In this document: one piece after another, positions 53,518-64,000 of the stretch
Layout of the letters: every line of letters starts with the position of its first letter
Numbering within the stretch: position 1 is the stretch's first letter
The notes under the pieces: generated by a model
Databases searched by the model: none
What the model was told of the DNA's origin: nothing
What the model saw: only the letters and a program-made list of their open reading frames with translations
Source of the DNA: Eledone cirrhosa
Lineage: Eukaryota
DNA length: 64,000 nucleotides
Direction of reading: 5' to 3'
Assembly (NCBI GenBank): GCA_964016885.1
Contig: OZ024749.1
Coordinates: 23,188,001 to 23,252,000, forward strand
Translations under genes and position numbers: made by a program

Positions 53518-54886
53518 GCAATAACATCATCATCAACTTACCACCAACACCATCAACAACAACAACAATAACAATAACAACATCATGAACACCACCGCCA
53601 CCACCACCAACAACAACAATAGCAATAACAACATCATCATCAACACCATCAACACCACCAACAACAATAATAGTTGTTTCAACTTTTGGCACAAGGCCAG
53701 CAATTACCCCAGTGCATTACTGATACTTTATTTTATCGACCCCGTAAGGATGGAAGGCAAAGTTAACCTCGGCGGGAATTGAACTCAGACCGTAAAGGGC
53801 CGTAAATCTGTGCTGCAAAGCATGGCGTCCGATCCTCTACCTACCGGTACTGCCAATCCATAATAATAGCAATAACAACAACATCAACATCAACAACAAC
53901 AACGAGAATAACAACTACAAACTTAACGGCCTGGAAAACAACAACAACGAGAACGACAACAATGTCCACAGCTACAATAATAACAAACCCAATAACAGCA
54001 ATTACGGCAAAAATATCATAACCACTACCACCTCCACTACCACCACCACTACCACCACCAATACCAGCACTATCACCTCTACACTATCAGCACAAATACC
54101 ACCACCACTACCACCACTGCCACCACCACTGCCACCACCACTACCACCACCACTACCAATACTACCAGCACTACCACCACCACCACTACCACCACTACCA
54201 CTACTAACACCACCACTACCACCACCACTACAACTACTACCACTATCAACAACACTACACTACTAACACGACCACTACCACCAACACTACGGCTACTAAT
54301 ACCACCCCTACCACTACTAACATCACCACTACCACCACTACCACTACTAACACCACCACTACCACCACCACTACAACTACTACGACTATCAACAACACTA
54401 CACTACTAACACCACCACTACCACCAACACTACGACTACTAATACCACCCCTACCACTACTAACACCACAACTACCACCACCACTACAACTACTACCACT
54501 ACCAACAACACTACCACTACTAACACCACCACTACCACCACCACTACAACTACTACAACTACTACCGCTACCACCAACACTACCACTATTACCACCACCA
54601 CTACCACCACCACCACCACTACCACTATCACTACCACCACCGCCACCACTACCACTACCTCCACCACTACCACAAGCACTACAACTACTACCGCTACCAC
54701 CAACACTACCACTATTACCACCACCACTACCACCACCACCACCCCCACCACCAATACCACTACTACTACCACCACCACCAACAACAACAACCACAAGAAT
54801 ACAACTAACATCAGCAACTACGAAAAAAACGTCGACACCATCACCTCCACCACCTCTCTCACGAACAACATCAACCCAAACAACAA

Positions 54887-54956
<70 letters not shown>

Positions 54957-55048
54957 TGCAGCAGCAGTAGTAGTAGTAGTACTAGTAGTAGTAGTAGTTG
55001 TAGTAGCAGCAGCAGCAGTAGTAGTAGTAGTAGTAGTAGTAGTAATAA

Positions 55049-55094
<46 letters not shown>

Positions 55095-55159
55095 TGCAGC
55101 AGCAGTAGTAGTAGTACTAGTAGTAGTAGTAGTTGTAGCAGCAGCAGTAGCAGCAGAGC

Positions 55160-55221
<62 letters not shown>

Positions 55222-55225
55222 CAGC
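53097..55225. repeat. Mosaic of (CAA)/(CAC)/(CTA-CCA) tracts ending in (TAG)n, with a SINE A minus copy at ~53672-53862
   Basis: Direct reading. Confidence 0.9.
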
Positions 55226-55469
55226 AGTGCAGCAACGTTATAAAGGAGAAAGAAAAAGAAACCAGAATATTTCCTAACGATCAAACGTTGGCTCTTTTAA
55301 TTCCTAACACATCGTTAAACTAATTATACAATTACTGGCCGTTTTATTTTCGAAAATTATGGTTCAACGATGTTATTCCTGTTTTTCTTCTTAATCCTCT
55401 TGTTCTTCTTAGTGTTCTCGTATATAATGTTGTTGCTATTGTGTTTGGTTTTCTTGTTCTTACAATAAT

Positions 55470-57500
55470 AATTGTTTCTACTTTTAGCACAAGGCCAGCA
55501 ATTAACACAGTGCATTACTGGTACTTTATTTTATCGACCCCTGTAAGGATGAAAAGCAAAGTTAACCTCGGCGGGATTAGAACTCAGACTGTTAAGGGAC
55601 GTAACTCTATGCTACAAAGCATGGTGTCCGACCCTCTACCGATACTGCCAATCCACTGCCCTTTCTTACAATAACAATGGTTTCATTTATGGGTCACAAG
55701 GGCCGACATATAGGGGACAAGGGGACAATACAATAGACAGTGGGGGTTTACATAAAAATCGAGTAAAATATAGGAAAACAATAACAATAAACAAGAAAAT
55801 GCAACAATTACAATTCTCCAGGGTTGATTCAGGTACCCCACCAATCCTGAACCACCTGACACTGCGTGGCCCCCAGGAAGGGCACCCCTCCTCCTCAAAT
55901 TCACCAGCCTACAGGCGCATAATCAGAGTAGGCCCACTCACACCAGCCCCATTCTCGCAACATTCACCAATGTTATTACAGGGCGGTGAATTGGCAGTAT
56001 CGGTAGAGGGTCGGACTCCATGCTTTCCAGCATAGTTACGTCTCTTTACGGTCTGAGTTCAAATCCCGCCGAGGTGACTTTGCCTTTCATCCTTACGTGG
56101 TCGATAAAATAAAGTACCTGTAATGCACTGGTTGATTGCTGGCCTTGTGCCTAAAGTAAAAACAGTTATAATAATTGTTTCTACTGTTGGCACAAGGCCA
56201 GCAATTACCCAGTGCATTACTGGTACTTTATTTTATCGACCCCGTAAGGATGAAAGGCAAAGTCAACCTCGGCGGGATTTCAACTCAGACCGTAAAGGGA
56301 CGTAACTACGCTGGAAAGCATGGAGTCCGACTCTCTACCGATACTGCCAATCTACCGCCCTTACAATAATAATACAAATAGTTTCTGATTAAGGCACAAG
56401 GTCAGCAATTTTAGGGGCGAGAAGAGTCGATTAAATCAACTCCAGTGAGTAACTCATACTTTATTTTATCAATCTCTGAAAGGATGAAAGGCAAAGCTAA
56501 CATCGGCGGGATGTTAAGTTAGAACCTAAAGAGCCATAACTCTATGCTGCAAGGCATGGTGTCTGACGATCTACCGATATTGGCAATCCACCGCCCTAAT
56601 AATTGTTTCTACCTTTGCGACAAGGCCAGCAATTACCCCAGTGTATTACTGGTACTTTATTTATATCATCCCTCCCCGTAAGGATGAAAGGTAAAGCTAA
56701 CCTCGGCAGGATTTGAACTCCGACCGTAAAGGGCTGTAACTCTATGCTGAAAAGCATATAGACAGACTATTATCAGTATTGTCTTTAATGATTTCTGATT
56801 TTGGGGGACTGTAATCGATTAAATCGACCCCAGTTCGTTACTGGTACTTTATTTTATCAACATCTGTAAGGATGAAAGGAAAAGCTAACCTCGGCAGGAT
56901 TTGAACTCAGAACGTAGAAAGTCGTAACTTAATACCGCAAAGCATATAGTCCGACGTGTTATCAGTATTACATTCTGAGTTCAAATCTTGCCGAGGTTAG
57001 CTTTGCTTTTCATTCTTACGGGGTGGATAAAATAAAGTACCAATAATGCATTGGGGTCAATTTAATCGACTTTCGCGAGCTTTCCCCTCCCCAAAATTGC
57101 TGGCCTTGCGCCTACACCAGAAAGTGATGTTATTATTGTAACAGAAGGCGGTGGATTAACAATATCGGTAGAGCATCGGACAACATGCTTTGCGGCATAT
57201 AGTTACCTCGCATTACGTTCTGAGTTTAAACTCCACCGAGGCTTGCTTTGCCTTTATTCCTTACAGGGTAAGGATTAAAATAAAGTACCAGTAACGCACA
57301 GGTGTTGATTTAATCGACTTTTCCTTCCTCTAAAATTGTTAGCCTTAAGCCTAAATCAGCAATAGTTATTATTTTCTGAGTCGAAATCCTGCCGAGGTGA
57401 GCTTTGCCTTTAATCTAGTAAGCAATGGCGTCAATTTAATCGACTTTCTCTCCCTCACAACATTTTGGGCCTTGTGCCTTATGCAGAATCCATTATAATT
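55470..57500. mobile_element. Dense cluster of about nine SINE family A copies in both orientations
   Basis: Minus copies at ~55470, 56175, 56380, 56600 and 56790; plus copies at ~55981, 56970, 57147 and 57372. Confidence 0.85.
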
Positions 57501-57796
57501 TGTCTTTATTTTTTTACGTGTCGTCACTTCATGACTGAGTACAGCTTTATGGGCCTTGGGTATGTGCAGTGTTATTTCTGGTGGTGTTGTTTCTATACTA
57601 TTGAGAGTACTCACAAAATGTTGCTTAGTAGTTCTGTGTTCTGTATGTTGTATATATATTTGTAAATATTGGAGTTTCGTTATGTAACTGGTTGGCAGTT
57701 TTGAATTTATAATTCCCGGTGTGACAAAGCAAGAATTTTCTACTTTCAGTTAATACAATTATTGCTAGTAATATTTTGGATTACAGTCACACTCCC

Positions 57797-58008
57797 AGTA
57801 GTAGTAGTTGTATTGGAGGTGGTGGTATTAGTAGTAGTAGAAGCAGTAGAAGTAGTAGTAGTACTAGTATAAGTCGAAGGAAAAGTAGTAGTAGCAGCAT
57901 CAGTAGTAATAGCAGTATTAGTAGTAGTAGTAGCGTCTGCAGCTGCAGTAGTAGTAGCAGTAGTAGTAGTAGTAGTGGTGCTAGTAGTAGTAGTAGTAAT
58001 GGTGTTAC

Positions 58009-58064
<56 letters not shown>

Positions 58065-58227
58065 ATCACAATCATAACCATACCATCAACGCATTCTTCT
58101 TTTCTTCTAGTTTTGTTTCATCAACACCATCATCATCATCTTCTTCTTCTTCTTCTTCTTCTTCTTCTTCTTCTTCTTCTTCTTCTTCTTCTTCTTCTTC
58201 TTCTTCTTCTTCTTCTTCTTCTTCTTC
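57797..58227. repeat. (TAG)n and (TTC)n tracts
   Basis: Direct reading. Confidence 0.9.
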
Positions 58228-59239
58228 CTCTCCCTGCTTCCTCGCCACCATCCTTATTCACAACATTCATTATGGCTGTGTTAAATCTTTCATATCTTGT
58301 GTTGTTGTTTAACGAGAAAAGAAATAGTATTGTGTGTGGGTCTGTGTGTGCATGTTTAATTATATATATGTGTGTGGGTATGTTTGCGTGGGTGCATGGG
58401 CCTCTGTGTGTGTTGATATGTTACTATGTGTGTGTGTGTGTGTGTGCATGTCTCTGTGTGTTTGTGTCTGTTACTATGTGTGTGTGCATGTTTAATTATA
58501 TATATGTCTGTGGGTATGTTTGCGTGCGTGCATGTCCCTCTGATTGTGTTGATATGTTACTATGTGTGTGTGTGCACGTCTGTGTGTGTTTGTGTCTGTT
58601 GGTATGTGTGTGTGCATATAGATATGTGTGTTTGTGTTTGTGGGTATATTTGTGTGTGGTTACGTTTGTGTGTGTGTTTACGTGTGTGTATGTGTGTATG
58701 TTTGTGTCTGGATATGTGTGTGAGTGTGTATGTTTGTGCTTTTTCCATCTCATCTCATTACAGTAGAGGATAATTAAAACTAATTGCTTCAAACAACATC
58801 AAAAACAATACCAGCAACACCTCCACCACCAGCTTACAACAACAACAACAAAAATTGAAACGATACCATCATCAGCCTACAACAACTACAATAACACCAG
58901 CAGCTTTTTCAACAACAACTACAATACCATCAGCACCCTACAACAGCAGCAATACCACCAGCAGACTACAACAACAACTACAATATCATGAGCACTCTAC
59001 AACAACAACAATACACTCAAGAGCTTACAACAACAACTACGACAACAATACCATCAGTAGCTTACAGCAACTACAACAATACCATCAACAACCTACAACG
59101 ACAACTACAACATCAACAACAATACCGCTACCAGCCTAGAACAACAACAACAAAAATACCTGCACCAGCCTAGAACAACAACAAAAACAAGAACATCAAC
59201 AACAATACCACTACCAGCCTACAACAACAACATCAACAA

Positions 59240-62200
59240 CAATACACCCACTAGACCTACACCAACAACATCGACAACATCAACAACAATACACCCCCTA
59301 GCTCTACAACAACAACATCAACAACAATACACCCACTAGCCCTACAACAACAACAACGACAAGAATACACCCACTAGCTCTACAACAACAACAACACTAA
59401 TACACCCACTAGCCCTACAGCAACAACAACAACAACAACAACAATACACCCACTAGCCCTACACCAACAATAACAACGACAACAATACACCCACTAGCCC
59501 TACAACAACAACAACAACAACAATACACCCACTAGCCCTACACCAACAATAACAACGACAACAATACACCCACTAGCCCTACAACAACAACAACAACAAC
59601 AATACACCCACTAGCCCTACACCAACAACAACAACAACAACAATACACCCACTAGCCCTACACCAACAACAACAACAACAACAATACACCCACTAGCCCT
59701 ACACCAACAATAACAACGACAACAATACACCCACTAGCCTTACAACAACAACATCAACAACAATACACCCCCTAGCCATACACCACCAACAACAACGACA
59801 ACAATACACCCACTAGCCCTACAACAACAACATCAACAACAACACACCCCCTAGCCCTACACCAACAACAACAACGACAACAATACACCCACTAGCCCTA
59901 CAACAACAACATCAACAACAATACACCCACTAGCCCTACAACAACAACATCAACAACAATACACCCACTAGCCCTACAACAACAACATCAACAACAATAC
60001 ACCCACTTGCCCTACAACAACAACAACAACAACAACAATACACCCACTAGCCCTACAACAACAACATCAACAACAATACACCCACTAGCCCTACAACAAC
60101 AACACCAACAACAATACACCCACTAGCCCTACAACAACAACATCAACAACAATACACCCACTAGCCCTACAACAACAACATCAACAACAATACACCCACT
60201 AGCCCTACAACAACAACATCAACAACAATACACCCACTAGCCCTACAACAACAACATCAACAACAATACACCCACTAGCCCTACAACAACAACATCAACA
60301 ACAATACACCCACTAGCCCTACAACAACAACATCAACAACAATACACCCACTAGCCCTACAACAACAACAACAACAACAATACACCCACTAGCCCTACAA
60401 CAACAACATCAACAACAATACACCCACTAGCCCTACAACAACAGCATCAACAACAATACACCCACTAGCCCTACAACAACAACAGCATCAACAACAATAC
60501 ACCCACTAGCCCTACAACAACAACAACAACAATACACCCACTAGCCCTACACCAACAACATCAACAACAATACACCCACTAGCCCTACAACAACAACAAC
60601 AACAACAATACACCCACTAGCCCTACAACAACAACATCAACAACAATACACCCACTAGCCCTACAACAACAACATCAACAACACTTCACCCACTAGCCCT
60701 ACAACAACAACATCAACAACAATACACCCACTAGCCCTACAACAACAACAACAACAATACACCCACTAGCCCTACAACAACAACATCAACAACAATACAC
60801 CCAATAACCCTACAACAACAACAACAACAACAATACACCCACTAGCCCTACAACAACAACATCAACAACAATACACCCACTAGCCCTACAACAACAATAA
60901 CCACAACAATACACCCACTAGCCCTACAACAACAACATCAACAACAATACACCCACTAGCCCTACAACAACAACATCAACAACAATACACCCACTAGCTC
61001 TACAACAACAACATCAACAACAATACACCCACTAGCCCTACAACAACAACATCAACAACAATACACCCACTAGCTCTACAACAACAACAACAACATCAAC
61101 AACAATACACCCACTAGCCCTACAACAACAACATCAACAACAATACACCCACTAGCTCTACAACAACAACACCAACATCAACAACAATACACCCACTAGC
61201 CCTACAACAACAACATCAACAACAATACGCCCACTAGCCCTACAACTACAACAACAACAACAATACACCCACTAGCCCTACAACAACAACATCAACAACA
61301 ATACACCCACTAGCCCTACAACAACAACATCAACAACAATACACCCACTAGCCCTACAACAACAACATCAACAACAATACACCCACTAGCTCTACAACAA
61401 CAACAACAACATCAACAACAATACACCCACTAGCCCTACAACAACAACATCAACAACAATACACCCACTAGCTCTACAACAACAACAACAACATCAACAA
61501 CAATACACCCACTAGCCCTACAACAACAACATCAACAACAATACACCCACTAGCCCTACAACAACAACAACGACAAGAATACACCCACTAGCTCTACAAC
61601 AACAACAACACTAATACATCCACTAGCCCTACAGCAACAACAACAACAACAACAATACACCCACTAGCCCTACACCAACAATAACAACGACAACAATACA
61701 CCCACTAGCCCTACAACAAAAACATCAACAACGATACACCCCCTAGCCCTACACCAACAACAACAACGACAACAATACACCCACTAGCCCTACAACAAAA
61801 ACATCAACAACGATACACCCCCTAGTCCTACACCAACAACAACAACGACAACAATACACCCCCTAGCCCTACACCAACAACAACAACGACAACAATACAC
61901 CCACTAGCCCTACAACAAAAACATCAACAACGATACACCCCCTAGCCCTACACCAACAACAACATCAACAACAATACACCCACTAGCCTTACAACAACAA
62001 CATCAACAACAATAAAAACACTAGCCCTACAACAACAACATCAACAACAATACACCCACTAGCCCTACAACAACAACATCAACAACAACACACCCCCTAG
62101 CCCTACACCAACAACAACAACGACAACAATACACCCTCTAGCCCTACAACAACAACATCAACAACAATACACCCCCTAGCCCTACACCAACAACAACAAC

Positions 62201-64000
62201 GACAACAATACACCCACTAGCCCTACAACAACAACATCAACAACAATACACCCACTAGCCCTACAACAACAACATCAACAACAATACACCCACTAGCCCT
62301 ACAACAACAACATCAACAACAATACACCCACTTGCCCTACAACAACAACAACAACAACAATACACCCACTAGCCCTACAACAACAACATCAACAACAATA
62401 CACCCACTAGCCCTACAACAACAACATCAACAACAATACACCCACTAGCCCTACAACAACATCAACAACAATACACCCACTAGCTCTACAACAACAACAA
62501 CAACATCAACAACAATACACCCACTAGCCCTACAACAACAACATCAACAACAATACACCCACTAGCTCTACAACAACAACACCAACATCAACAACAATAC
62601 ACCCACTAGCCCTACAACAACAACATCAACAACAATACGCCCACTAGCCCTACAACTACAACAACAACAACAATACACCCACTAGCCCTACAACAACAAC
62701 ATCAACAACAATACACCCACTAGCCCTACAACAACAACATCAACAACAATACACCCACTAGCCCTACAACAACAACATCAACAACAATACACCCACTAGC
62801 CCTACAACAACAACATCAACAACAATACACCCACTAGCCCTACAACAACAACGTCAACAACAATACACCCACTAGCCCTACAACAACAACAACAACAACA
62901 ATACACCCACTAGCTCTACAACAACAACAACAACATCAACAACAATACACCCACTAGCCCTACAACAACAACATCAACAACAATACACCCACTAGCTCTA
63001 CAACAACAACACCAACATCAACAACAATACACCCACTAGCCCTACAACAACAACATCAACAACAATACGCCCACTAGCCCTACAACTACAACAACAACAA
63101 CAATACACCCACTAGCCCTACAACAACAACATCAACAACAATACACCCACTAGCCCTACAACAACAACATCAACAACAATACGCCCACTAGCTCTACAAC
63201 AACAACAACAACATCAACAACAATACACCCACTAGCCCTACAACAACAACATCAACAACAATACACCCACTAGCTCTACAACAACAACAACAACATCAAC
63301 AACAATACACCCACTAGCCCTACAACAACAACATCAACAACAATACACCCACTAGCTCTACAACAACAACAACAACACCAACAACAATACACCCACTAGC
63401 CCTACAACAACAACATCAACAACAATACACCCACTAGCCCTACAACAACAACAACAACAACAATACACCCTCTAGCCCTACAACAACAACATCAACAACA
63501 ATACACCCACTAGCCCTACAACAACAACATCAACAACAATACACCCACTAGCCCTACAACAACAACGTCAACAACAATACACCCACTAGCCCTACAACAA
63601 CAACAACAACAACAATACACCCACTAGCCCTACAACAACAACATCAACAACAATACACCCACTAACCCTACAACAACAACATCAACAACAATACACCCTC
63701 TAGCCCTACAACAACAACATCAACAACAATACACCCACTAGCCCTACAACAACAACATCAACAACAATACACCCACTAGCCCTACAACAACAACAACAAC
63801 AACAATACACCCACTAGCCCTACAACAACAACATCAACAACAATACACCCACTAGCCCTACAACAACAACATCAACAACAATACACCCACTAGCCCTACA
63901 ACAACATCAACAACAATACACCCACTAGCCCTACAACAACATCAACAACAATACACCCACTAGCCCTACAACAACAACGTCAACAACAATACACCCACTA
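59240..64000. repeat. 38 bp minisatellite (roughly 120 copies, runs off the window)
   Basis: Unit acacccactagccctacaacaacaacatcaacaacaat. cactag at 60121 and 60159 gives the period; length varies in CAA steps. Confidence 0.97.

Noticed and set aside
54255-55235. 326 aa Thr/Gly/Ser/Val-rich ORF
   Set aside because: Concatenated trinucleotide tracts with no splice or domain evidence.
59240-64000. Possible mucin-like coding repeat or telomere
   Set aside because: The 38 bp period breaks frame with recurring TAG stops, and there is no TTAGGG-type unit.

Overview
AT-rich, repeat-saturated eukaryotic (animal) DNA with no host protein-coding exon that I can recognise. The SINE families and the microsatellite load resemble an octopus/cephalopod genome (inference). 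Nearly all listed ORFs are microsatellite read-throughs. The real coding remnants are retrotransposons: Penelope-like elements (PLEs) of at least three types, a CR1-like LINE, an R4/Dong-like RLE LINE, a Tx1/L1-like LINE and an RTE tail. There are about 20 copies of one tRNA-derived SINE, three copies of a second SINE, several MITE/fold-back elements and two large minisatellites (73 bp and 38 bp units). The most striking signal is non-coding. Two tandem arrays of a ~440-474 bp unit (16831-18249 and 38431-41110) carry one minimal type I hammerhead ribozyme (HHR) per unit, with a palindromic dimer-type helix III, which is a retrozyme/circRNA-like architecture. At least five unrelated intact-looking HHRs, plus many half or decayed ones, sit in other short elements. 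These elements insert in (TA)n, often carry an inverted partial copy, and share a GAGTRC motif typically 40-60 nt from their 3' end. All structures were folded by eye and none was computed.
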